Shown here one piece after another: positions 13,282-27,150 of a stretch of 64,000 bases of DNA. The stretch spans positions 41,292,001-41,356,000 of the forward strand of contig NC_086373.1 of NCBI RefSeq assembly GCF_036588685.1, given 5' to 3'. The DNA is from Mytilus trossulus. Taxonomy: Eukaryota. Below the pieces are notes generated by a model. It saw only the letters and a program-made list of their open reading frames with translations. It was not told the DNA's origin and ran no database searches. Position 1 is the first letter of the stretch, and every line of letters starts with the position of its first letter. The position numbers were made by a program, and so were the translations under genes.

Positions 13282-13445
13282 AAGTAAAATCACAAAAATA
13301 CTGAACTTAGAGGAAAATCAATTCGGAAAGTCCATAATCACATCGCAAAATCAAATAACAAAACGCATCAAAAACGAATGGACAAGAACTGTCATATTCC
13401 TGACTTGGTACAGGCATTTTCAAATGTAGAAAATGGTGGATTAAA
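13282..13445 (+). repeat. Interspersed repeat family. Other copies at ~15125-15400, 16065-16270(-), 25990-26070(-), 32770-33050, 51860-52260
   Basis: Shared core aaagtaaaatcacaaaaatactgaactcagaggaaaat...ggaaagtccctaatcaaat..caaaa...aactgtcatattcctgactt. Confidence 0.75.
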
Positions 13446-13744
13446 GCACAGATAGAGCACAGAGTTTTGAACCTGTGATCCTGACTTTTTTTTAGGTAAT
13501 ATGCATTCAAAGAACATGGGGTTTAGTGAAGTTGCGATCATTCTTCTAACATTTCCTATCCTTAATACAAAAATCTTTGCCGGATATTGATATAGAGTAT
13601 GGTTTTCAGAAACTGTGATATTTCCTTTATCATTCAATACAATATTCTTTCCCTATATTGCGGAAACGGATGATAAATGCAGAAATTATAAACGTTATGT
13701 TTTGACATGTTTGAAGATTAAAACAATTTTGTTTTTGTATAGAT

Positions 13745-13822
13745 ATAAGCGTCACTGATGAGTCTTATATAGCAAAATGCGCTTATGGTGTATTAAATTA
13801 TAAACCTGGTATCTTTGTTACT
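13745..13822 (+). repeat. Degenerate hammerhead-repeat fragment
   Basis: agcgtcaCTGATGAgtcttatatagcaaaatgcgcttatggtgta, same family as 7555-7710. Confidence 0.6.
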
Positions 13823-16784
13823 ATTGTTATATCATATTAAGGTTTAAAGAAATAAAAAATACTAATTTGTTGTGTCATAACGGATAGGAATTATGGTTTA
13901 CACAAATGTTAATCATTTTTTCAATATGTTTCGTAGGTTATAGCTGAACCAATATGCGGTTTGGGTTTTGCTCATTGATTACGGTTGTACAGTGACTTAT
14001 AAATGTAAATGTCTATGTAGTTTTGTATCTGGTTGAATGTTGTCTTAAACATGTCATATGGCTATTACGTCACATCTTCTTATTTTATATTGATTATTAT
14101 AACAAATGTATTTGCCTGATATATATATTTAGTATTGTTTACAGAGACTGTAATTTATTTGGTAGTATATCATTTTGTCCTAACATCTTTATAGAGTGTT
14201 CTGTTATAATCGTAAATTAAGGCTCATTAAATTATTTCAATGATAATCACACGGTATTCAGATATGATTTGTAACAGACTTTGTTTTTCTTTGTTTATCT
14301 AATTGATTTTGTAAATAATGCACATTTGGATGTTGCATGTGTAAAACCTCAAATTACAAATTGTCTAGTCTAGACAATTTCATATTGTTGAATATCTTAT
14401 TCAAACTGTCTTAATTACCTATATTGATTAAAATAATCAGCAAATGTTGGATGGAGAGTTGTCTCATTGGCACTCACACCACATCTTCCTATATCTAATG
14501 TCTCTTTGAAAGAGTCAATAAAATAAATGTAAATAAAGGGTAATGATATAATTTTCTGTTGAATATGAAGATCTTGAATTAGTATATCCACGAAATGCGT
14601 CATACAATTATTTATATCCCATTATTTGATTATGAAATAAATTGTCTGTTATAGTTTTTAACATGTTTTAACCTCACCTAATTGTTGTGTCTGTTCTAAG
14701 TAAGGAGTCTCTAATCTTTGTTGGTCTTGTATGATTTTTAATGTTATTTTCTTTTGGTATATTTGTTATAACTATATACTAGCATACTTTTTTTTTATTA
14801 TGAACCAGCTGAAGTACGACTCCGGGTGCGGGATCTTCTTGCTGCATGTAAGACCCATGGGTAACCTTCGGCTGTTGGTCGGATTGTTGTCTCTTTGGCA
14901 CATTCGCCGTTTCCATTGGCTTCGGCTGTTGGTCGGGTTGTTGTCTCTTTGGCACATTCCATGTTTCCATTCTCAATTTCATTAATCATCAAAACAAAAT
15001 TATTGCCTGGTATGGACAGTAACTAAACTGTAATTGTTCTTTTATTTTTTCAATATGTCATTTGGCCTTGCTATTTTAATAACATACATGTACTTTATAA
15101 TATTCACAAATTAAAGAAAGGGCACACAAATACTGAACTCAGAGGAAAATTATCAACGGAAATTTCCTAATCAAATAGAAAAAACAAAAGCTCAAACACA
15201 TCAACGGATAGAATAACAACTATCATATTCCCTACTTTGTACAGATATTTTGTTATGTAAGAAATGGTGGATTGAACCTGGTTTTATAGATAGCTAAACC
15301 GCTCACTTGTATGACAGTCACATCAATTTCAACCGCATTGAAAACGATGCGCGAACAAAACAAACAGAATTAACAGGTAAAAATGTCAAATTTCCAGCAG
15401 TCACCAATCACTAAAAAGCATACAAAAATGAAACAAAGAAACACAAAATAACATAAATATCAAGCATATTAGAAAACAAATAAAGATAAGAATATACAAA
15501 CCTACCACAGTACAATAACACAATGACAGGATTATAAGTACAAATAAAGGTACACAATATATGTAACGAAGAGACCAAAAAAAATGCATATAAATAAAAC
15601 ATAAAGCGAAAATAAAAGACATGCAACAAACAAGTTTTCGAAGTAACAGCCAAAGGCATATAAATAAAGCACATTGGCAAAATGAAAGACATAATAACGA
15701 GAATATCATAAACAAATTAACATAATGTACAAGTACCACAAGTATCTTACATGTAATACCGTAAAACAACCCAAATATCTTAAAAAGGAGCACAAAACGC
15801 CATCAATCATGTATGAAGTAAAAGTACTTTAATGATACTAACAAGATTTGCAATCATGATTTTAGAGAAATGTGCAATGATATATTTCTCTGTGACTAGA
15901 CATGCATATGAAAATCTTAATTCGTATATCCACCAAGTGAGTCATACAATGTTTAGTTCTCCTGTATTTGATTATGAAAAGATTTGTCTGTTGATTATAC
16001 AAGGTATTGACCACAGATTTCTGAACTTGTGACATCCTTCCTATAATTGGTTATGCAATATGTTGAGACTGTCATACAAGTGAGAGGTTTAACGCTATAA
16101 AACGGGTTCAATCCACTATTTCATACATAAGAAAATGCTTTAACTAAGTCAGGAATATGACAGTTATTGTCCATTCGTTAGATGTGTTATATCTTTTAAT
16201 TTTGAAATTTCATTAGGGACTTTCAGTTTTGTATTTTCCTCGGAATTTCGTTTTTTTTGTGATTTGTCTTTTTACATGTCCATTCATAGGAAATTTGTTT
16301 TTAAAAAGTTGAAAAAATCCTTTCACAAATTTAACTATTGATATAAACATTCAAGTATGGTTTATGGTTTACATCTTTCGTCATACATATATATATGATA
16401 TTTTGTTGAACATAAAAAAGAAGATGTGGTATTATTGAATAGCTATATAGGTAAACGGTTAACATAACTGGTTATGATAAATGGTATAGATATAGAGAAT
16501 AGTTTACAGAAACTGTAATCTTTCTTTTATTTATTAAAAAGTCTTTTTGTCTTTATATATTTATCAAGAGAAATGCTTTAATGATACTTGTAAGGTATGC
16601 AACCATGATTGTTGCTCTTGCTTTATACAGACTTTGTTTTCCTTTACGAGTTGTCGTCGTCTATACAGTACTTCCGTCAATTTAGAATCAAAACACGACG
16701 ACGAAAAAAAGGGAGAGGGCTAAAATAAATTGTCTTGTCTCGAAGTACTTATACATTTTGAAACATATAAAAAGAATTTCTTGA

Positions 16785-17095
16785 GAGAAGGCCCGGTAAG
16801 ACCGCTTATTGACCCAAACATTTAGCCGTTTAACAATAGTGAAACTTTCAGCTATTTATTGGAAAATAAAAATACTTCTGCCACATAAATATGGGCGAGT
16901 TTTGACAATACAATGCACACATATCGGTTACTAGCATCATTTAGTCATGCTTAATTATAGAAATCTTCAGAATTTTCGCATTTGATTTTAATTTTAGACG
17001 GTTTCAGACTTCAATGGAAGTGGCCGCATTTGTGTTCATTCTGAATATTTAAATGTAAGTTGTATTTGATACATGATATATATTCATATGATAAA
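16785..17095 (+). repeat. Interspersed repeat (probable DNA transposon fragment), second copy at ~56955-57500
   Basis: Shared sequence, e.g. tactagca(t/c)catttagtcatgct and gaaagtggccgcatt(t/c)gtgttcat. Confidence 0.65.
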
Positions 17096-17713
17096 GACAA
17101 TGTTTCGATCAGTTTAATTGAGGTCTGGAGCGGGAATGTCAGTAACTTCTTGTAGTCTTTTGTTAATTTATGTATCATTGTCATTTTGTTTAGTTTCTTT
17201 TGTACCTATTCATATGACTCGGACTTTATTTGAACTGAGTTTTACTCTACGTATTGGTGTGTGGTTGTTTTTCTACTTTGGGGTAAAGGGGAGGGTTGAG
17301 ATCTTAAAAACAATGTTTAATCCCGTCGCATTTTTGAAAATGAAAGAAGATTCACAAATGAAAGAAAAGGAACAACAGCTTTTCATATACTCATATGTAA
17401 ACAGAAATCAAATAACTTCAATCATAATGATAAGATATGCATTGTTGATTAGTAGCAGTCTTTGTCTTGTCAAATTGTCAAATGGTCATATGGCAATTGT
17501 AACATCTGTTATGATTCAACGTTCATTAATCACTTCTTCATCAACAAATTCATTAGATTTCAGTAGCAAGTTTTCTTATATCTGTTAAGACATTTAAAAA
17601 TGTATATAGAAGTGGAATGTGAAAATCTTTAACAACAGGTGAACTGGTACTTTTCTAAACTCAACACCCTAGAAAACAACTCAAACACAGAGTAGAAAAC
17701 GTCCGAAGGAAAC

Positions 17714-17960
17714 TTTAAACTATATAACATATCTCATTTAGTTTATTAGGCTAAATAATAACTCTTATAAACTATATTTTATAAACTATATGAGATAGTG
17801 TTAAACTATATGAGATAGTGTTAAACTATATGAGCTATTTTATAAACTATATAAGATATTTTATAAACTTTGTATTATAAACTATATAAGATATCTTATA
17901 AACTGCATAAGACATGCTGTCAGCAGTAAACTTTATAAGATATTTAATAAACTATATAAG
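17714..17960. repeat. Degenerate ~20-21 bp minisatellite (taaactatat[a/g]agata....)
   Basis: About 10 recurrences of taaactata(t). Confidence 0.8.
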
Positions 17961-20862
17961 AAATCGAATCAATATTTCTTTGATATCTTGAACTTAGAAT
18001 AGATGGTAAAACGGCTTGCCATACCAAAAGATGAACCGGGTGGACTTATGTGATCCAAAAGAGTAAGATCCTGCAGCCATATAAGAAATGCTGATTAGTG
18101 TATTTTTGGTTTGTTGGTATTGATAAAAAAAAGTATGTATTGTAATACATGTATATATATATATATGAGTAAATTGAGATATTATGAATACTCAAAAAGA
18201 CAGTTATCCAACACTCAATAACTAAGATGTTAGTTTAGTCTCCAATTACAATAATTCATGTTTCTACTTACAATTAGAAAAACATTTTTTAAGTTATGAA
18301 AGAGAGCTGACCTCTGAATTTCCTTCTTTGGACTGTAAATATCAAGTATGGTTGATGAGACTTGATGGATTTGGTAGATTCGAACGTATTGAATTGAGTC
18401 TGATTTACTTTCAATGCTTGTGGTAGATTACAAATATCCAAGTATACATATTTGTTTATGGACAAGCTGAAGAAAGCCTCCGGGTGCTGGAGGTTCTCGC
18501 TGCACTAAAGACAGACTGGTGGACTTCGGCTGGTGTCTGCTCTATGGTCGGGTTGTTGGCTCTTTGACACATTCCCCATTTTCATTCTAATTTTTTTTTT
18601 GTACCAAATATTAAATATAAAATTACATATTTGCTGTCGTTTTATTTACTGAAATATAATATTTATAAAATACAAATATGCAACTTACATAATGGTTTAC
18701 ATTAGAGGACAACGAGAATTTACGGCAGCTTAAAGAGGGCACTAAACGATTTCCTACGTATCTTTTCGCTCCAGTTAACAAATAAAACATGCTTTGTTAT
18801 CAAATTTTATATATTTTAGGTGATTTTCAACTTATTTGCATATCGAAACCGACTGCTAGCATACACTTCCATATTGAATATCGAATAACGAATAACGAAC
18901 CAGCTGCTAATTTCACATACAGTTGTGGTATGGTCAGTTGCTTTTTAAATCTGTTAAGTGCAAATATAGCGTGTTATAACAAACATCCAGCAAAGTGTGT
19001 CATTTAAATAAATGAAACCGGGTGGCAATTAGCATTATATAACAGCACTCGGTTGTAAATATTATAAGAGTTCTTAATTAGGGGTCCTATGACTTCAACA
19101 ACAAATAACAGTAGTCTCAAATAACGACTCTACAAAACACAATTATAAAATACTATATATACTAGTGCAGCGAAAGATAACTCTGACATGTTAATGAACA
19201 AGTGTATCGCACTAAGTATAACATTTTAAATAGAATAATATTCTCATTCTCTTTCACATCTATATTTTCCGTCTCAAAGACTCAACTTAAACTTGTGTCT
19301 TACATTTATTAGTTTATACATCTCATAAGCTTAATTGCGAGAAATGTTCTGATATCATCTTGAATATGCATATTCTATTATTTTCTTCCAAAAGATATAC
19401 AAGAGAACTAAAATCAACAATTTATTCAAATTCACAAGAAGGAAATACACGTAAAAATAAAGGCCAAATGACACAAACCAGTAAACCAAACATAAACAAA
19501 ATAAAGTCTGAGCGACCCGAACCCAACAAAAACAAGGGGTGACCCCATGTGCTTTGAATGGTAACCATGTCCTGCTCCAAATGTGTCACTTGTTGCTTAC
19601 GTAAGTACAAACCGGTTGACTAGTCTTAAACATATCCCAAATGTGCTCTTGGTTGTCTTTACATTCTATCGTTTTTGCACACTTAAGTGTGATTGTCGGG
19701 TTAAATTATGACATGTTGTAAATGTTTAAGATTTATTTAATCGATATTACTCCGTGTCTTTGTTTTTCAATTCACAGTTGTTGTATGACCGTCCGTTTGT
19801 AAAGAATTAATCTCAAATTGGTTATATTTGCTGTTTTAAAATTGCAGTGATATGAGAGTTATTTTGCTCCGTGTTAAAGGCATCATTGAAACTTTGAGAT
19901 GAAGAATAACAAGATCGGTTCTATTCCTATTGTTTTCTTTTGGGTTTCTTTTTTTCTTTTTTTTTTGCTGTGCATTTGAATAAATAAACTCATCAGATTT
20001 GCTTTAAATGCTTTGGTTTCAGAAAAAACACCAAAATCTACATTTAACCCCTATCTTCTATTTTAGCCATCGCGGTCATCTTGGTTATTTGGCCAGGTCA
20101 CTGGACACATTTTTAAAACTAGATACCCTACTGATGATTGTGGCAAAGTTTGGCATAATTTGGCTCAGTAGGAGAAGATTTTTGTAAAAGTTCACGACGA
20201 CGGACGAAGGACGACGCACGACTGACGCCTTCAGGCCAGGGGATTAAAAAAAAAACGGAAATAAACAAACAAGAACTTTCAACATACTACACAAAGAATA
20301 GAATTGTAACACGAATTCCACCAAAAGCTTGGGTTAACTTGCTTACTTTGAAAGGATAAATATTGTCGTCTGCTCCACATACGACATTCATACTGTTGGT
20401 GATGTAAAGTAACACTCATAAAAATATAAAACGCTACCTTCAGGCGATGTCGTAAAAGAGGAAAAGAGAAGGCTACGACAGGTATGCATATAACAGATAT
20501 TACATAAGGATCATCCAAATTTGATAGGGTTTATAAAAATTTGAAGGAATGAGATCAATATAAGATGACACTCAATTTTATATCAATTCATAATTTTGTT
20601 CCAGATCTGTCAAGAAATATGTTTGTTGAAACGTTTGATTTTTTCTGAAATACTGACCATCTGAGGCTCGTGTAAAATTGGTATGCTGAGGCATCATCTA
20701 CTTGATTCTTTTCACGTTTAATACAGAAAAGATTAAAATTCTATATCAATACATATTTTATTTTGGTATCTTTACAAATATAAAAAACTATCATAATATC
20801 ACAATATTTGGATAAAGTTAGAATAACATTGCACAATTTTCTGGCCTTTGATCATGTTATAA

Positions 20863-22130
20863 TTATGTGTAACCATTGACGCGAACACATTTATTGCATC
20901 CATTTACGTTTTGACAATCCTCATTGAAGTTGCATTGTTTCCTTAAAAAACAAGTGTCGACACAGCTTTTTGGGAAAATTCGATGAACTGAACCACCAGA
21001 TACAATACGGTCAAATGAATCACCTTGGATGATACGACCTGCTGAATCGCCTCGATTAACACGGCCTACCGAACCGCCTGGAATAAGATTATGTACTGAG
21101 CCGCCTGGAATGATACTATCTCCTTTGCCGGCTAGGGTAATACGATCTAATGAACCGCTATGAATAATACGATCTAATGAACCTCTTCGAATAATACTAT
21201 CTCGATTACCGCCTAGGGCAATACGATCTACTGAACCGCCTGGCAGAATGTGGTCCAATTGGGAGTTATCAACCATTCTTTGGCAAAATCTTCTGCAATC
21301 TTGTCTTCCTGTCAATCTACAACTTCTTAAGCATCCCGATGAGACTGTATTACCAGGAAGTATTGAGTCTATTGGTACACGATCAAGTGTTCCAATGACT
21401 TCAACAGCTCTACAAAAACTATTACATCCTACGGTTTTGCAGAAGTATCCTAGTCCACAACTTCTGTCACTTAAGCATTGTTTATCACATTTCGGCTTCA
21501 TTGAGTATTCTGTAATATAAAAAATAGAAATTGTTATTTTATTGAAAATTTCATTAAATGTAAAATGTCGAAATTTAAGAGGAATGTTTTTCTTTCTTTC
21601 ACTCGGTTTTCGTGTTTTTTTTATTTCTTGAATGTTCACCGTTATTATGAACTGGATGTTTGACTAGTTATATAAACATTATGAAAGAAATGTTGACCAT
21701 TCCTTTTAGTGAAATTTTACGTTTAAATATCATACCCAGAATCATGCAGTATATTTGAGTTATTCACTACTTCTAATTTGAAGTTGTCTCATTGACATTC
21801 TGTGAGATATCACTTTTTCATGTAGACATATTGCTTAAAGAAAAGTTTATTTGCAGTACTTTTTTCGACCTTATTCGAAAGTTTTCCACGATTCCGTTAT
21901 TTTTCTTTGATTTTTTTCTGGCTTCACCTCTGATATCATACTTGATAAACACTGTACACATGAGAACACTTTGTTCGTATTAAGTTATAAATGAGATAAT
22001 TTTTGGCTTTTTGAACTGTGGACTACAAAGCGAATCATAATTACTAATATTCTATATTTTATATAAAATACAAACCTGCAAAAACACAGGAAACAAATCC
22101 TAGAAAAATCAAAACAGCTTTTCCCTCCAT
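20863..22130 (-). CDS. Cluster gene 1: secreted Cys-capped Gly/Ser/Arg/Ile-repeat protein, 233 aa. Coding exons 22130-22076 and 21509-20863
   Basis: Signal exon MEGKAVLIFLGFVSCVFA-G|gtttgt. Acceptor ttacag|AATACTCA gives EYSMKPKC... The frame is intact to VRVNGYT*. AATAAA lies at ~20757-20762 (minus). Four paralogues are in the window. Confidence 0.9.
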
Positions 22131-22321
22131 TTTAGCTGAAAAAAATAAATAAATGAAATATCAGTATAAAAAAAAACTATAAGCTGTTGATTTAAATTTT
22201 AATCAAAGAAACAACTATGTTTGAAACTTTGAAAGTATTTGCGAAAAAACTTGAAAATCTAAAACAAAAATGTGCAAATGGTATTAGGTCTTTTTAAACG
22301 CCGAAAATAAAGGAAAAGTAA

Positions 22322-22470
22322 GTATATATTTGTTTAGGGGCCAGCTGAAGGACGCCTCCGGGTGCAGGAATTCGCTACATTGAAGACCTGTTGGTGACCT
22401 TCTGCTGTTGTTTTTTATTTGGTCGGGTTGTTGTCTCTTTGACACATTCCCCATTTCCATTCTCAATTTT
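22322..22470 (+). mobile_element. Short copy of the Naiad 3' terminus in intron 1 of gene 1. Other copies at ~14800-14980, 18460-18595, 40405-40526(-)
   Basis: Near-identical to 32290-32440 (ggggccagctgaaggacgcctccgggtgc...cattccccatttccattctcaatttt). Confidence 0.85.
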
Positions 22471-24286
22471 ATTTTAAATCAGCATTAATCGATATGTTAC
22501 TATTTAATATTTATATTTATTCAATCAAACGCTCTTTTCATGTTGAATTGAGTCCAATATATGAATTAATATATTTGTTATAAAATACTTATAAGAATAC
22601 AAACTTTTGAAAGGATCAATTCAAATATAAGGAGTCATTTCAAGAAAAAAAATCATATTTTGAAATATTTTTTTCTGATCAATTCTTAATTAGTAAACAC
22701 AAATGAAAACTTGAGTATCTGATCAATAAATACTGAAAAGATTTTTTTTTCTCCAAACATTAAGATTACTTACGTCAATAGTAGACTTTCAAAAGATGTT
22801 TTTCTCCGCTTAGATTGAATCATTTATAAGTATAGAGAAAAAACTGTTCCATTCGGAGCCATTGAACTATACGAGAGGGAGTGAAGTGACACGTTTTCTT
22901 GGTTTGTACCCGCGGAATGGACCCTACTAAAGATAGAAGTCAAAATCATAGCATATTTCAACACGTTCTTTTCCTAATTACTCAAAAAACTATTGAAATA
23001 GCAAACTGTTATCGTTTAAAATTCATCCACCATTAGAGTTTTTATCATTCCAATAAGGAAAATGGATCGAAGTATTTTTTTAGAGTAATAAGGAGTCTTT
23101 GACCATTTGTTATAAAAAAAAATGAGTTCTATTTTTAATTTGAGATGTTATTTGCATCGGGAAAGGATTCTGTAGTTGTTAGAAAAATCTCAACAAAGCT
23201 AGCGGGCTTTTAAAAAATTGGTACACGGAAAGAAATAGGGCTTAACTAGTTCTTAAAAAAAAATAATTGTGCCCAATAGATTCTTTATAGAAATATCTTT
23301 CGATCATTTGTTTACTAAGAAGGGCACATTTCTAGCACAGATCTACACTTAAGATACCGCTTAGTTGCGATTTTTTTTATAAACCAAACTGTTACATTTG
23401 TATTTTGATAGATTTTTTAAATGCATCTATTCAATTTCAAGATGAAAAAAAAAAAAGTTAAAAAAAAAATATAGAAAAAAAAACTAAACAAATATAATAA
23501 AAGAATAACAACCAACAAAACGACAAGAAGACAAACAGCATTAAACACCATTTTACACCGAGGAAAAGTTGGAATACGACCTTTGAAATTTGGTTTTGTA
23601 GAAAAAAGAGTTTTTTGCCTCCATGCTTTCAGATAAAATAAAAAGCTTCAATGCCTTTAAATTAAAAAAAGAAAGAAAATAAATAGGCTGGTGACAAAAA
23701 GTTTCACATTGGGATGCTTAAATTATAGATATTGTTGATCGATCTGAGGATTCTTATATATCATATGGACCTTTCAGATACTATATGCATGTCATATTTT
23801 ATGAATATTGATACGATAATACTTTTGAAATTATACGATACTGATTTTACGTACACAAACTTGAGTTTTTTTATGCATTTACAGGGCGCGATCGTTAGAT
23901 TCCTGAATGTTTCTTTATAGATTTTTTTTTATTTGTTTGAAACTTTTGTCAGTCTTGTTTACGAGAAAGTTAGGTCAATCTTTAAATAGATTTCAAATAT
24001 ACAGGACATATTGATTTCAAGATTTATTAAATTGTGATTTGTTCTAGACCTAACGGTGATGTTAAAAGAGGCCGAATATACCATGTTATCAAGACCAATT
24101 TATTGTAACTATTAAGTAACCAATCAACAACAATTAATTGATAAGGAATTCAGAACTGTTTCGATTTGATATTTACAACTAGGTCGTTTTTAATATTACT
24201 TTTGTTATACCTGATACAACTTGAACAATTTTACTAAGCAGTGAAAAATGTAGAAATTTGGTGATAATTCATAAACTATTGTTAAC

Positions 24287-24355
<69 letters not shown>
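24287..24355. repeat. (AAT)n microsatellite, ~23 units
   Basis: Directly visible. Confidence 0.98.
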
Positions 24356-25229
24356 CTGTTATTCAATAATAATTTTAAAAAAACCACACACAGAAACTAC
24401 AGTTACTGCATTTGTTCAAAACTTTTTGCACTGATTATGTATATGACGTGCTTGTTATACATGTTATCTGATTTATTACTTACAAACCACAAAGGAGAAA
24501 TGACATGCCCTAAGTGTGTCGGTTCTACCTTTTAAACTACGTCCTAGTTGAGGTCCATGAACTCCATCAATCTATGTTTCAATTGCAACGTTTTACAAAA
24601 GCTATGTAAAAGTTTATATTTTCAGGACTCCACCGGTTTCATTTATAAAATTAATTCATTGTACATTAAAATAAACTACACCTCGTATACACTATTTCGA
24701 TACTTTAGGCTTTTCATTTGATTTTTAGTTTTGCAATATACAGAAATACATAGAATACAATATAGTCTGTAAATTCCAAGTAATATTTGGTGAAAATATG
24801 CAAAACACTTATGAAAACAATTTCTTCCACTATGAAATTTTACTTAAACGAGAATAGCAATCCTACAAAATACCGAAATATATTATATAGTTCAATATTT
24901 AATGCTCTCTCAATATCTAAAATTTTCTCAAAAACCTTTGATCAGAGTGTAATTGCATACTGACTAAAAGCTATGTCTATGATATGCTGAAGTACATTTA
25001 ATTTGACAGCAGCGGAAAATACACAGCGAGAGCAAGCTACCAAATATAATCATTTTTTTAACTGAAGCATAAATAAACAACAAAACATTAGCAAAATTGT
25101 TTCGCTATAGTTACATTCGAACCCAAATATTAAAATCCTAAGTATTTGTATTTTGCAATACAATTAAACATTCCAAAAAAACCCAGTAACTTCAGAATAG
25201 TACCTATATTTTACCGAAAGACAAACTAA

Positions 25230-25586
25230 GACCCTGTTTACACTGGTAACGAAATTTGATCAATCTTTATTTATATTGATCTTGAAAAGACCAGTTCGCG
25301 TTCACAGATAGGTTGAGCTCGATCTTATTTAATCTAATGCTTTTATACTACAACATAAAAAGAACCGGTCAGACCTTTGTTTTTTCTATCTAATATAACA
25401 AACACATTAAAAAAGATGGATCGCAACCGATCTAAGCGTTTACCCCCCAAAAAAGATCGATTCAAATAAAATCGATCTTTTTAAAACCACCTTTTGAGGT
25501 AGATTGAAGATCGATCTTACCTGTTTACACTGGACCAAAGTTCGATCTTTGTAAAGATGGATCTTTTTGTCAGTGTAAACGGGGTC
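25230..25586. mobile_element. MITE, PIF/Harbinger-like
   Basis: TIRs gaccctgtttacactg / cagtgtaaacggggtc, flanked by TAA and TTA. Many internal (C)GATC motifs. Confidence 0.75.
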
Positions 25587-27150
25587 TTACTTGCAACCTT
25601 AAACGCCTTTTTTAAATGGATAATATTTCATCTTTAAGATGCGAGAAATTGCATTTTGATACGTGTGTAGTAGTACTAATGCATACATACGGAATACTTT
25701 GAAGGAACATATCATGTTTTTTAACCTAATAAACAAATAAATAACAGTAAGAGGTTTAACATTGTTTTGCTCTTTTAAAACCACAATGACTAGCCATTCG
25801 ATTTTATTTAGATTATACTAAATCTTGGACTGCAATTATCAATTATTGATATCATGTTAAATGTTTTATGTTTATCAAAAAATTGTCAAGCTATTGTATT
25901 GTCTGCAGTTTCTAAATAAATATCTCTTTCTTTATTAAGTCAGTCAAAATTGATAATTATAAGATGGGTAGTTGTTACTCATTCCTTTTAGCTTTTGATT
26001 TTGCCATTTGATTAGGGACTTTCCGTTTTGAATTTTCCTCTGAGTTCAGTATATTTGTGATTTTACTTTTCATTTGGAAGGTTATGTAGTGTAGGAACTT
26101 CCAAATGTAAGACAGCATTTCTAAATTTATGTTATGTTATCTGTTAAAATTATCATATATTGAGTACGTAGTAATGTGGTATTTTTTTAATGATTACCTG
26201 ATAGCTACAAATGTATACCCTTTTCTTATTTCCAGTCTGTACATTTAGGGGTGTTTTACAGTAGAATGTGTACCTTTTTAATATCGTTTTTGCATATGAT
26301 CAAGCTGCAAAACTTCATAGGTAATTTTTACGTATATAAATAATGATGAAAATAGAAAGATTGACAAAATTGATTTACCGTATCATCAAACAAGTCTAGT
26401 CAAACTGACATTGCTATATTTGAAATTGAAACCATTAACTTCTTAGTAGGACATAAACTGAAGGAGTTGTGTAACGCGGACCTTATAGTTTTAGTCGTTT
26501 TATTTTCTAAATTCGCCGTGACTCCTGATAGTGCTATTCGGACTCAAGTCAATAGTATGCGATTGTTTTGCGACACATTTTCAGAGCTTTCCAAAAAAAA
26601 AAAATATTGTCTGATTATTTTTTACTCTACTAGAAAAAACACAACGGTATCCCTACTATGTTTATAAGTAGATCTTTTTAAGGCTTTTATGAAATAGTTT
26701 GAATTATACATATTTTGTTTGTATGCTGTTTTTGTCTTTGTATTTCTAACTCATCGCATATTTTCCCTTATTTGAGTTACAGCTTTTGATAGAATGTTTT
26801 TCCCTTAAGAATTTCTCATCACAGTGGAATGGTTTATGCTTTATTGCTTAAACAACTATGGAATGAACTAACTGATTGAACATATTAATACCAACACCGC
26901 ATGGAAACAGAGACGACCGTTTTTGTTTATTGTGCAACCAACAACAGTTTAATGGAAAACAATGATATATTAACATTAGAAAATACTGTCTGAACAAAAG
27001 CAATAATTTTCTGACCATACATTCTTAGATTAGTTTTGTGGTTAGATTATGCCGGATCATAATGTGTTTATGTTGAATGTGTTTTTAATGTAAGTTTGAC
27101 CTTTCATTTACAATTTGATTGATGTCGCATTAACAAGTATTTCAAAACGT

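Noticed and set aside
15401-15793. Hydrophobic 130-aa and 93-aa ORFs resembling membrane proteins
   Set aside because: They are the antisense reading of an A-rich, low-complexity repeat tract, with no splice or homology support.
17714-17960. Regular short repeats resembling a CRISPR array
   Set aside because: They are tandem units without unique spacers, in a eukaryotic context with no cas genes.
21510-21639. N-terminal extension of the 258-aa ORF (MNIQEIKK...), and likewise MKFIIT at 50802-50820
   Set aside because: These are open intron sequence upstream of the splice acceptors. The real N-termini come from the signal-peptide exons.
24205-24387. Poly-Leu ORF
   Set aside because: It is the translation of the (AAT)n microsatellite.
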